Positions 39,359 through 48,081 of a stretch of DNA of 64,000 nt are shown piece after piece. Below the pieces are notes generated by a model. That model had not been told where the DNA came from, did not search any database, and saw only the letters and a list, made by a program, of their open reading frames with translations. Position 1 is the first letter of the stretch. The number at the start of each line of letters is the position of its first letter. Made by a program: the position numbers and the translations under genes. Source of the stretch: a virus; IMG/VR virus record IMGVR_UViG_3300034418_007243, positions 45,875 to 109,874 of that record; one strand, 5' to 3'.

Positions 39359-39524
39359 CTTTGTTTTGTTTTAATAAACTTCTCATTCTACTGTTAACAT
39401 AATCTTCAGTTTCATCTCTTTCCAACCCTGCTTCCATCATTTCTTTATTACCTTGACCATGAATAAAAGCCTGTTTAATTTCCTTCTCTAACTCTTCTAT
39501 AGTTATTTTTATCTCTTCACTCAT
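39327..39524 (-). CDS. Small hypothetical cassette protein
   Basis: 65-aa ORF starting in the junction repeat. Confidence 0.65.
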   Translation of the reverse strand: MSEEIKITIEELEKEIKQAFIHGQGNKEMMEAGLERDETEDYVNSRMRSLLKQNKDERRNSKYVD

Positions 39525-39539
39525 CTTTGTTTTGGTTTA

Positions 39540-39654
39540 ATGAGTATCTGGTAGGTAACAGATTTGAACTGTTTCGGGTTCAGGCTTTTTTCACCTTGAG
39601 TCGCACCACCCCTTTCTCCAATGTCTGTCAAGTCAAACCCTACCATCTACTCAT
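39540..39654 (-). ncRNA. Putative tRNA-like structured RNA (or degenerate tRNA)
   Basis: Terminal stem AUGAGUA-GA-UGGUAGG / CCUACCA-GA-UACUCAU. T-arm AACAG-UUCAAAU-CUGUU. About 44% GC by hand count. The ATG reading frame is only MSRW*. Confidence 0.6.
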
Positions 39655-39666
39655 TTTTGTTTTGGT

Positions 39667-39891
39667 TTAATTCATTAATACTTCTACCCAACCTTTCTCA
39701 GAATGTTCTACTTCTGCATCAATACCTTGATTCTTTAATTTTGTAGCAAGTTTATGAGCAGCTCTCCACAATCCAGGTTCGGGCATCTCATCATGTTCAT
39801 CATCATAGCAGATAGTACCTCTGCACTCATAAAAATTGTCTTCTGAATTATACTCAAAAGTATATCCATCAATTGTTTCTTTCTTATTCAT
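39667..39891 (-). CDS. Small acidic hypothetical protein
   Basis: 74-aa ORF whose stop lies in the junction repeat. Confidence 0.65.
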   Translation of the reverse strand: MNKKETIDGYTFEYNSEDNFYECRGTICYDDEHDEMPEPGLWRAAHKLATKLKNQGIDAEVEHSEKGWVEVLMN

Positions 39892-39941
39892 TTTTTTTTA
39901 TTTTAGTTATGATATTTATTTATCTAGGCTTAGGGATAGCT

Positions 39942-39976
39942 AAAAAGAAAGCAGAGTTGTTAAGACTCTGCTTTTT
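39942..39976 (-). terminator. Intrinsic terminator, possibly bidirectional
   Basis: aaagcagagt/actctgcttt stem with A and T runs on both sides. Confidence 0.8.
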
Positions 39977-39986
39977 GATTTAACTA

Positions 39987-41510
39987 TTAAGAATAAACTA
40001 TTGTATCTATGTATGAACTACTTAGTACAAGAGATTCCCCTGTTGATAATGTTATTATATAATGTTCATCATCTCTTTTAAATGTGAAATCAACATTAGA
40101 ATAACCATATAAACTTTCAAGCTCATCCTTAATTGCTTTTTGAATAGCAGGATCTAAATCTTGATTTTCTTCAATGGTTTCTTCTGTGCTTTCTATTAGA
40201 AATTCATTAACAGAATTTAATTCAGATGATTCTTCTTCTGTTTCATCTTCAGTATCATCTTGATATAAGTCAAAGTTTAATTGATTTGACTCATCTTGAT
40301 TAACTGTAGATTCTACATTTGATACTGGAGGATCTGGTAAAACAGGGGTAGGATCTGGTGTAATTTCTTCTCCTACTGTAAATTCATTTAACACAAGATA
40401 ATCTTCTCCTTCATAGGTTTGTATTTCAGCTACTTGATATATAATATCTTCTACTTCTACTAGACTACCTATTGCTAAATCACCGTAGTCTTCTGCAGTT
40501 ACCATTATAGAATTAACTTCTGATTTAACTTCTTCTGTTTCTTCTACAACATTATCTGCAGGAATAAATTGAAGATCTTCTTCATGTTCTTCTGTAACTT
40601 CTTCTTCAAAATCATTATCTATAGGAGATGTGTTATCATCATCAGCATCTTCAATAATATTTGTGTTATCCTCATCTACACTATCTATTACTTCATCATC
40701 ATCTTCTTCTATGTCAAAGTTTACTAAATCAAACTCATCCATAAAATATAATAGAACTGAGGTTTGTATATCTAACCAAAGTTTTGGATGTGTTGATTTC
40801 AATCCTATTAATATATGATTATAAGCTGTCCACAATGAATTCTTACCTGTACCATAATGATATCTTTGAGATTCATACTCTTTCATAATAGTAGTACATT
40901 GCTCACTTGTGATTAACTTATTTGTAAAATGTAAATCACCCATGAGATGTCCAAACTTTTTATTGACTAGTTTCTCAAATAAACCAGGATACACTGTAGT
41001 AGACGTAGGATCTGTTACAATAATGTAAGCTTCTTCAGATAAATACTTTTGCTTCATCTTGTTTTTAATATCAAGAAGTTCTTGAAAATAATCTTGAGCA
41101 TCAGCAACAATATTATCTATCTGATCTGTAGCTTCTTGTAATGCATTACCTGTATGCTTTCTTTGCCAAGCAGATGTTTTCTTTACCATAGATGCGCCAC
41201 TTGCATTTACATGCGCACCAACTGCACATCTAAATCTAGTTGATTTATCATAAGAGTTTGTCCATGTAAACATCATAGATAAATCAGGATCATTCAGATA
41301 CTCAATTCTATAAATACCTTGAGCTACTCTAGCATCTTGATTACATCTGTATTTTTCATCTAATACAACAAAGCCTGCCGCAGCTAGACTTTTTAATGTT
41401 GTATCAATAATATAACCATGAGAAATTACCGTATAGGTTTGTGTTGCTGGTGGTAAAGTAGCGTTTATTAAAACACTCTTATCCACAGCTACCTTTGTAC
41501 TTTTAGGCAT
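39987..41510 (-). CDS. DUF932-like domain protein with long acidic C-terminal extension
   Basis: LPPATQTYTVISH...WTNSYDKS...RKHTG, followed by about 200 aa rich in D/E. Confidence 0.6.
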   Translation of the reverse strand: MPKSTKVAVDKSVLINATLPPATQTYTVISHGYIIDTTLKSLAAAGFVVLDEKYRCNQDARVAQGIYRIEYLNDPDLSMMFTWTNSYDKSTRFRCAVGAHVNASGASMVKKTSAWQRKHTGNALQEATDQIDNIVADAQDYFQELLDIKNKMKQKYLSEEAYIIVTDPTSTTVYPGLFEKLVNKKFGHLMGDLHFTNKLITSEQCTTIMKEYESQRYHYGTGKNSLWTAYNHILIGLKSTHPKLWLDIQTSVLLYFMDEFDLVNFDIEEDDDEVIDSVDEDNTNIIEDADDDNTSPIDNDFEEEVTEEHEEDLQFIPADNVVEETEEVKSEVNSIMVTAEDYGDLAIGSLVEVEDIIYQVAEIQTYEGEDYLVLNEFTVGEEITPDPTPVLPDPPVSNVESTVNQDESNQLNFDLYQDDTEDETEEESSELNSVNEFLIESTEETIEENQDLDPAIQKAIKDELESLYGYSNVDFTFKRDDEHYIITLSTGESLVLSSSYIDTIVYS

Positions 41511-41520
41511 AACTTTAATT

Positions 41521-43506
41521 TTAAAATAAACTTATTTGATTAGTAAATAATTCAGGACTCATAGATTTTATTTCTTTGTTTATTTTATCTAAATAAAATC
41601 CATAATCAATATCATAATCAGACCATGATACATCTTGATACTTATTAAATATCTTTTGTAACCATTTGCCTGATACAACATTTATATCCCTGTCATCATT
41701 GACATTGTTTTTTATAATTTTTCCGCCTTTATTTGAGATATAAAACCTTAATGTTTTTTGTAAGTTTTCTGTGCTTACAGTTCCATCTTTTACATAACTA
41801 TATTTGAACTTCCAATTTCTTGTTACTTTAGTTTGACCACAAAAATCAAAAATGTTTTTATTTGTTTTGATATATTTTTTAGGATCAAGCCCGTGTACAA
41901 AATAATTGTATATAGCTTTTTGAATAATAGTAAAGCTTTTGTTTTTATGTAATGCTTTCTTCAGTTCAAATCTACCTTTGCATTTTGTTTTTGCATAGTA
42001 AAACTTACCCTCTTCTTTTTTAAATAAATACTCTGGATTCTTTGATTGCGTTTTGATAAATGTATCTCTATCAACTTCATTAAATGTAAATATACCAATG
42101 TAATTATTTACATCAGGAACAATAAGCTTTTGATACTGGTCATGTTCTAACTGCAGATTAGTTATCTCTTCCCATTCTTTGCATATCTCCATATATTGTG
42201 GAATAGCTTTTTTAGGAATCATAATTTCTACACCATCTGTATTAGTCATAATAGGTATAGCACCTAATATTCTTTCAGACAACATAGTAAATAACATCAT
42301 CAATGATAACTGACCATTAATAGTTATCTGCATTGTAAACTGAGGATCATACAAAAAAGATGCAGCATCATTACTTAAACCATATGTGGAATTAAGCATA
42401 ATCTTGTATACATAATTCTTAGGATTTGATTTAGGAATCTTTTTTCTTTCATCAAACATCCATTCATACAATTCACAAAACTTTTGTTTTGGTAAATGAG
42501 CTGGTGCAAATTTATTTCTAATAGCTAGATTAGGATAGAAACTTGTAACATCTGAAGACATAATAGTCATGTTATCATCTGGTACATATATCCCTTTCTT
42601 TACACCATGAACACCACCCAATCCAAAGTCTACATCAACACCTCTATACTTAACATGTTCTTTAAAACTGCCTTTTAAATTATTAGCATCTAGCACTAAA
42701 GTTTGAAACTTAAATAGTAACTGTTGAAATGCAGAAACATCAAACTTTAAATAAGGTAAAAGTATTTCACTTACTACAATTTGATTTCTATATGTTCTGC
42801 TATTTTTAATTTCATACTTGCTTATACCAGTTCTTTCTTCTAAGAAATGTAAAAATAATTCTTTAGCAATTCTAGGTTCAGATGCACTGTATAAAGGAAT
42901 GTTATATTCATTAGTCAAACTGCCTCTTAATGTTATCAAGTCTTTGCTATGATTCATAATAGCTTTAGTACTCTTCACATCATTAATACAATACTCAATA
43001 ATTTTATTTATTAGTTCTTTGCTATCTATATCAGTAGTGTGATGAAGCGGCATGTCTTGAACATTGAGCCAATCCATAGAACATTGAATCCATTTTAATG
43101 AACTTCTCTTAGCTGGATTATCCCAATGATTTAATTTGAATACATCAATCTGTTTAATTAAAAGCTGACGCTCACTCCATTCCTGAAATTCTTTTGCGTC
43201 TTGTCTATTAATACAATCTTGTGCTTTTATATATACAGCTTCTGCAACTTCAACACCAGACTTGTTAATAAGCCGTGATTTGTTTTTAAGAAGAAAGTTT
43301 GTTATCTGAGCATCAAAAGCTAAACCATTAAAAGATATATGCCATTCTTTATTCTTTTTATTCTTATCAAGAAAAACATATAAATCTTTTATATCATTAT
43401 GAAATTTAGAACAACAAAATATTTTTATCTCTTCAGTTTTATAATGTTCAAATACTCCTATGAAACAATTAGATAATGTTTCATAATCCATGACATAGTG
43501 ATTCAT
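41521..43506 (-). CDS. polB: Family B DNA polymerase (crAss-like)
   Basis: ExoI DYET, ExoII FNGLAFD, ExoIII YCINDV. Motif A SDVTSFYPN, motif B KIMLNSTYG, motif C NTDG. Start moved to MNHYVMDYET because the longer start overlaps a terminator. Confidence 0.93.
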   Translation of the reverse strand: MNHYVMDYETLSNCFIGVFEHYKTEEIKIFCCSKFHNDIKDLYVFLDKNKKNKEWHISFNGLAFDAQITNFLLKNKSRLINKSGVEVAEAVYIKAQDCINRQDAKEFQEWSERQLLIKQIDVFKLNHWDNPAKRSSLKWIQCSMDWLNVQDMPLHHTTDIDSKELINKIIEYCINDVKSTKAIMNHSKDLITLRGSLTNEYNIPLYSASEPRIAKELFLHFLEERTGISKYEIKNSRTYRNQIVVSEILLPYLKFDVSAFQQLLFKFQTLVLDANNLKGSFKEHVKYRGVDVDFGLGGVHGVKKGIYVPDDNMTIMSSDVTSFYPNLAIRNKFAPAHLPKQKFCELYEWMFDERKKIPKSNPKNYVYKIMLNSTYGLSNDAASFLYDPQFTMQITINGQLSLMMLFTMLSERILGAIPIMTNTDGVEIMIPKKAIPQYMEICKEWEEITNLQLEHDQYQKLIVPDVNNYIGIFTFNEVDRDTFIKTQSKNPEYLFKKEEGKFYYAKTKCKGRFELKKALHKNKSFTIIQKAIYNYFVHGLDPKKYIKTNKNIFDFCGQTKVTRNWKFKYSYVKDGTVSTENLQKTLRFYISNKGGKIIKNNVNDDRDINVVSGKWLQKIFNKYQDVSWSDYDIDYGFYLDKINKEIKSMSPELFTNQISLF

Positions 43507-43538
43507 AATCTGAAATTTTGTAAGCATATAAAAATAAC

Positions 43539-43570
43539 AAAAAAAGGAAGAGAACAAAATATTCTCTTCC
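43539..43570 (-). terminator. Intrinsic terminator
   Basis: ggaagagaa/ttctcttcc stem plus A7 on +. Confidence 0.75.
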
Positions 43571-43600
43571 CTATTTGTTTGGATTTATACTTATATGTTA

Positions 43601-44047
43601 CTACTTAATTATTATATCACTAGGAAGTATTAACTCTTCATTTGAAGATCCCATTTCTTTAGGTTCTTCTTTGTTAAGAAAATAACGGAAATCAAATTCT
43701 CCAGAATTCACAGCAAACATTTCAACAAACTTCTCTTGTTCTTTTTTGTCAATGATGTGATACTCTGAAAGTAAACCTACTAATACTCTTTCTTCTTTAT
43801 ACCAAACACCATTTTCTTTTTGCTTAGTAGATTTAACTTTGTTTCCATTACTGTCTAGTTTTGGAACATATTGAAATTGTTTTTTTTCTTTATTTCCAAT
43901 TACATATAGTAAAGAAAGTAAAGGATCATATACAACTTCATTGTAAGGACAATTGTCTAAAACAGGTATTAATTTAAATGTTTCTTTATTCTGCCATATA
44001 GCTTTAACAAGACACATATTTTTACCTATGTTATTATTATTTTTCAT
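43601..44047 (-). CDS. Hypothetical protein
   Basis: 148-aa ORF in the replication operon. Confidence 0.65.
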   Translation of the reverse strand: MKNNNNIGKNMCLVKAIWQNKETFKLIPVLDNCPYNEVVYDPLLSLLYVIGNKEKKQFQYVPKLDSNGNKVKSTKQKENGVWYKEERVLVGLLSEYHIIDKKEQEKFVEMFAVNSGEFDFRYFLNKEEPKEMGSSNEELILPSDIIIK

Positions 44048-44621
44048 CTGGTAATTTTGAATTAAACGTATGTAAATCTATCATTTTTATTGAAGACTGC
44101 AAAATTTCTTTTCTTAAATTAGGTTTTGAACAAAGTTGTCCTACCTCTTTTAAAAGTTCTTCTTTCACATTTAATAGTTTAGAATAAGTTTCATAATATT
44201 TTTCAGGGAACAAATAACTCTCTACATGTAATAAATGTCTTCTGTGAGATCTGAAAAAATATAATATTCTTTTCTTATATAATGAAGTTAGCATTGAATA
44301 TTTACCACTTCTAATTAATGCATAATCATTTGCATAATTAGAAAAATCAAATACATAAGCTAACTTATTATCTTCTAACTCAAACATGTCTTCAAAAAGA
44401 TAGTTATCTAGTAATGCAGCTCTTTCAAAAGATTTAAAATCTAAATCTTCTCTCTTATGATAAACTACAATAAATCTATTCTCTTCAAACTTAAACATGT
44501 CTTTCCAAGCCATATAAGTTTGAACAGGTACAGTACTTACACCTCTTCTAATTTTTAATAGAGGATATAAAAACAACCTGCTTTTTTGAATATAATCTGC
44601 ATGTAAGGAATTTAAAAGCAT
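44037..44621 (-). CDS. Hypothetical protein next to the exonuclease
   Basis: 194-aa ORF overlapping its neighbour. Confidence 0.65.
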   Translation of the reverse strand: MLLNSLHADYIQKSRLFLYPLLKIRRGVSTVPVQTYMAWKDMFKFEENRFIVVYHKREDLDFKSFERAALLDNYLFEDMFELEDNKLAYVFDFSNYANDYALIRSGKYSMLTSLYKKRILYFFRSHRRHLLHVESYLFPEKYYETYSKLLNVKEELLKEVGQLCSKPNLRKEILQSSIKMIDLHTFNSKLPDEK

Positions 44622-44632
44622 TCATTTTTATT

Positions 44633-45664
44633 TTATAGTTTAACATTAGATAAAGCAAATGCTTTAGGAAGCTTAAACTCTTTACTTTGAAAATGATACT
44701 CTGCATCTTCAAAAGTATTAAGCATCATAGCATCCCACTTTTTAAAAGTATCATCTGATACATTAAAAGAATATAGTTGATCATACTTATCAAATACTAT
44801 AAAATTAAAATTTATAATCCAACCTGCATTAACTACATCAGATAAAAAGTCTTTTACTAGTTTTTTGTAAATGCTGGCTTGTAACCAATAGTTCCAATAA
44901 TCTACAGACTCTTCAAACTTTTGTATAGACTTGCTGGTTGTTTTAAAATCATTTATTGTAACTACTTGATTTACTACATCAACAACAAGATTATCAATTA
45001 TACCTTTTAAACCAAAAGAATATTTATCATTTGGTAAACTCATTGACAATTCTAATTCATTATAGACTCCAATTTTTGTACCATCATGTTGTAAATCTAA
45101 ACCTATAAGATTTCTTGTTTTTTCATCTGCTTTTATGATCTCAGCTCTTCTTGAACATCTATCTAATATAGCAGCATCTATTATAGTTCTGTTTTCTTTT
45201 ATCTTAAGAAACTCAAAGTAATCTATACCTTTTACATCTGCTATTTTTTCAATTCTTTTAGAATCTTCTTTTAGTCTTTGATGTAAATTCTTTTCTTCAA
45301 GTTGTTTTAGAATGACAGATTCATAATCTCTTAATGATTTAGAAGGATCAGGATCTAATTCATATTCTTTAAAGACATTGTTAATAATTTCTATAGAACT
45401 TTCGCTTGGCAAAGATTGCGGAGCTACAATAAATTTGCTGTCAAAATCTAAACCATCAAGCACTAAGTAATGTATAACAATTCCCTCTAGTAAATACTTA
45501 GCAATTTTCTCCTCTTTATCTTTAAGAACATATTCTTTATAAAATCTTTGAGGAGATTCAAGCAGCTTATTTAAGCTGCTATAACTAAAATTAAATTCTT
45601 TGTTGAAGAATTCTGTCTCTAACATGTTTTTGTCAACTGTATTGACTGTATTTGTATTAATCAT
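44633..45664 (-). CDS. PD-(D/E)XK (RecB/Cas4-like) exonuclease
   Basis: FSYSSLN, NELEL, LKGIIDNL, INDFKTT, YWLQASIY. Confidence 0.85.
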   Translation of the reverse strand: MINTNTVNTVDKNMLETEFFNKEFNFSYSSLNKLLESPQRFYKEYVLKDKEEKIAKYLLEGIVIHYLVLDGLDFDSKFIVAPQSLPSESSIEIINNVFKEYELDPDPSKSLRDYESVILKQLEEKNLHQRLKEDSKRIEKIADVKGIDYFEFLKIKENRTIIDAAILDRCSRRAEIIKADEKTRNLIGLDLQHDGTKIGVYNELELSMSLPNDKYSFGLKGIIDNLVVDVVNQVVTINDFKTTSKSIQKFEESVDYWNYWLQASIYKKLVKDFLSDVVNAGWIINFNFIVFDKYDQLYSFNVSDDTFKKWDAMMLNTFEDAEYHFQSKEFKLPKAFALSNVKL

Positions 45665-45676
45665 TTATATGTGGTT

Positions 45677-46738
45677 TTATGAATCAAATTCTTCTGCTTC
45701 AATTTTTAAACAAGGACCCGGTATATAATATTGTTTTATATTAGCATTATCAAAATTAATATAATCTACAGTACATAAAGTTGTTATTGCTTGTACATTA
45801 GCTCTAGTAAACTTCTTATTGTCTTTAAGAATATTTGTTAATGTCATAAGACTCATTGATTTTACTGACTCCTTATCTAAATTAAAATAACTTAATAAAC
45901 TTTTAAAATTTACATGGTTAAACTCTTTATATTTTATAAAAGATTTTCCATATTTTTTTAATATCATTAGTATATACATAAAACTTTTTTCATAATTACT
46001 ATTAGCAAGTAATTCCATAGTCATTATTATAGAAGCATCATCCTCACTAGCACACATTAATACTAGGTCTTGATACTTTTCTTTATCTATAATAATAGAA
46101 TCTTCATTAATATACTTTAGTAATTCATCTTGTTTATATACTAAACAATTATCAGAAAGACTTTTAATTTTAGAATTTATAGGCACAATAAACAATGTTC
46201 TAGAGCCTTGAGCATATCCTTGTTTAATAGCCCATGAACCATCACTTGTATAAAGTTGCAATCCTGTTTGGACATTGCCAGAAGGATCTTTGGGTGATCT
46301 ATAATAAAACTCACTTGCTATAGAACTTTTTATGTATACATGTGAAAAATCATTAGCATCAACAAGCATTTTAAATCTTGTTTCTTTTGGATGATTTATA
46401 TAACGTAACCAATGTTTAAAGTCATCAGATTTCATTTTATAAACATCACGTTTAAACAAGTGATCATTTGTTCTAGGTATTAAATCTGCTGGTGGAATAA
46501 ATGCTATTGTAGCTTTCTTAGGTAGAATAGTAAAATTAAATTTTTCTTTAGCTTTAAACCTTGGCACTGTTGTTCCAGGAAATAAATATATTGTTTCTTC
46601 TTCTAATTTATTTCTTTCTAACTCATTTTGAATATTACAATGATGTTCAAAGTCTTCAAATAAACCACCATGTTCAATTCTTATATCTAACTGATTATGA
46701 CTTATATAATCTATGTATAAATATTTAGTTAAATTCAT
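45677..46738 (-). CDS. Hypothetical protein
   Basis: 353-aa ORF with no decisive motif. Confidence 0.6.
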   Translation of the reverse strand: MNLTKYLYIDYISHNQLDIRIEHGGLFEDFEHHCNIQNELERNKLEEETIYLFPGTTVPRFKAKEKFNFTILPKKATIAFIPPADLIPRTNDHLFKRDVYKMKSDDFKHWLRYINHPKETRFKMLVDANDFSHVYIKSSIASEFYYRSPKDPSGNVQTGLQLYTSDGSWAIKQGYAQGSRTLFIVPINSKIKSLSDNCLVYKQDELLKYINEDSIIIDKEKYQDLVLMCASEDDASIIMTMELLANSNYEKSFMYILMILKKYGKSFIKYKEFNHVNFKSLLSYFNLDKESVKSMSLMTLTNILKDNKKFTRANVQAITTLCTVDYINFDNANIKQYYIPGPCLKIEAEEFDS

Positions 46739-46753
46739 GTCTTTAAAATTTTT

Positions 46754-46775
46754 AAAAGACCCCGAAGGGCCTTTT
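46754..46775 (-). terminator. Intrinsic terminator with C(UUCG)G tetraloop
   Basis: Minus strand reads AAAAGGCCC-UUCG-GGGUCUUUU immediately after the ATPase stop. Confidence 0.85.
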
Positions 46776-46776
46776 A

Positions 46777-48081
46777 TTATTTCATAACTAATTTTTGTAA
46801 CTGAGGATCAATAAATAGTTTTTGGAACTTTGTTTTATTCCCGTGTATAATCTTCTTAGCTAAGTGATATTTTAAATCATTAGTAAATACATCAGGATGT
46901 TTAATCAAAGCACTAATTCTATTTACAATTTCTGGTGTTACTGGATTAGACTCTGCATAATTAAGCGTAAAGTTAATTAATCTTGTAGATAAAATGCTAG
47001 CTATATCTGCTCTATAATCTACAGCTGGATTACCTCCATCACATATAGAACTAAGCAGCTCATCAATTACTTCTTTCTCATCTTTATGTAAGAGCATTCT
47101 TTTAGGACTAATGATTCTATCTAATCTATTGTTAATAAAACTTGTAAACAATGTAGATACTTCAGGGCCTACAGAGCCTTCACCACACATTTGAATTAAT
47201 GGTAAATCTTTTTCAAATGATGGAATAGTTTCTAGTAGTTTAAAGAATGTAGTTAGAGATCTTGGATTAACTTTTTCATTAACAACTTCAGGATTCATCA
47301 ATACAAAATTAATACATCTACCATCAACCTTTTGAGTCTCTGCCCATTCAGCCCAACGTTCATGATTCCACTTCAATATTACTGAAACAAATCTAGTTCT
47401 TTGAGCAACGTCAATAGAGTTTACCAAATAGTTTCCGTCATCTGGATTAGCTGTAAGAACAATGTGCCAATCATCAGGAAGTTTCCAAGAAAGATATTCT
47501 TGTCTATCTACTAACTCCATAACAGCTTGAATAAACTTTACATCAGCACGATTCCAGTCATCAAGAATAAGTATACCGCCTCCTTCTTTGTTTGCAATCC
47601 ATTCAGGTGGACAATAAGACATTCTTTTTTCTCCGGTAAATCTGTAACCTTGTTTTAGATATTCATTAGTAGCATTTTCATCAACCCAAATACATTCAGA
47701 TTCTGATCCGCCTGGTACTTCTACAGTTTCATTAACTTTTTTAGTTACTTCCATACCATTAGGAAGCTTAACTTTTTTAAGAACTTGTCTAACTTCTGTT
47801 TTCTTTTCTGTACTTGTTCCTTCTTTACATAATTGAAACTGACGCAATGGAAAACCTACAAGATCACCTAAGTCTTCTATCTGTGCTAAGTTTAATTTAA
47901 CACAACTTAAGTTGTTTTCTTCTGCAATTTGTAAAGCAACGCTTGTCTTACCAAGACCAGATTCACCAATAACTTCTGTTGCTACAGGTTTCTTACCGTC
48001 TTTTTGAATGTGTCTGTTGTTGTTAATAATGTGTTGCAAAAATGATTTCATTTCTGCAGAGTCTAAGCTAACTTGATTCAT
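46777..48081 (-). CDS. MoxR-like AAA+ ATPase
   Basis: Walker A GESGLGKT, Walker B LILDDWNRA, LTANP, AQRTRF, NPRS; adjacent to a vWA gene. Confidence 0.88.
   Translation of the reverse strand: MNQVSLDSAEMKSFLQHIINNNRHIQKDGKKPVATEVIGESGLGKTSVALQIAEENNLSCVKLNLAQIEDLGDLVGFPLRQFQLCKEGTSTEKKTEVRQVLKKVKLPNGMEVTKKVNETVEVPGGSESECIWVDENATNEYLKQGYRFTGEKRMSYCPPEWIANKEGGGILILDDWNRADVKFIQAVMELVDRQEYLSWKLPDDWHIVLTANPDDGNYLVNSIDVAQRTRFVSVILKWNHERWAEWAETQKVDGRCINFVLMNPEVVNEKVNPRSLTTFFKLLETIPSFEKDLPLIQMCGEGSVGPEVSTLFTSFINNRLDRIISPKRMLLHKDEKEVIDELLSSICDGGNPAVDYRADIASILSTRLINFTLNYAESNPVTPEIVNRISALIKHPDVFTNDLKYHLAKKIIHGNKTKFQKLFIDPQLQKLVMK

Larger units (their letters stand above)
39169..39670 (-). repeat. Four copies of a ~19-nt gene-junction repeat TTAAA[C/A]CAAAACAAA[G/A]ATG
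   Basis: On +: catctttgttttggtttt (39169-39186), catctttgttttgttttaa (39356-39374), catctttgttttggtttaa (39522-39540), catttttgttttggtttaa (39652-39670). Confidence 0.9.

Noticed and set aside
39540-39654. Canonical tRNA gene
   Set aside because: The T-arm and an acceptor-like stem are present, but D-loop GG, arm spacing and anticodon loop are non-canonical. Reported as a tRNA-like RNA instead.
39169-39670. CRISPR array or mini-array
   Set aside because: The repeats are 19 nt and non-palindromic, and are separated by 110-170 nt segments that encode ORFs. No cas genes are present.
17679-43506. Inteins or self-splicing introns in RNAP or PolB
   Set aside because: No C...HN[C/S/T] intein boundaries seen (RNAP appears to have no internal Cys), and the reading frames are uninterrupted.
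43507-43557. N-terminal extension of PolB (MFSSFFCYFY...)
   Set aside because: It overlaps a terminator hairpin and its U-tract, and the exonuclease motif begins right after the ATG at 43506.
44633-45664. Cas4 / CRISPR adaptation gene
   Set aside because: Lacks the Fe-S cysteine cluster and any cas context; it is an ordinary phage recombination exonuclease.
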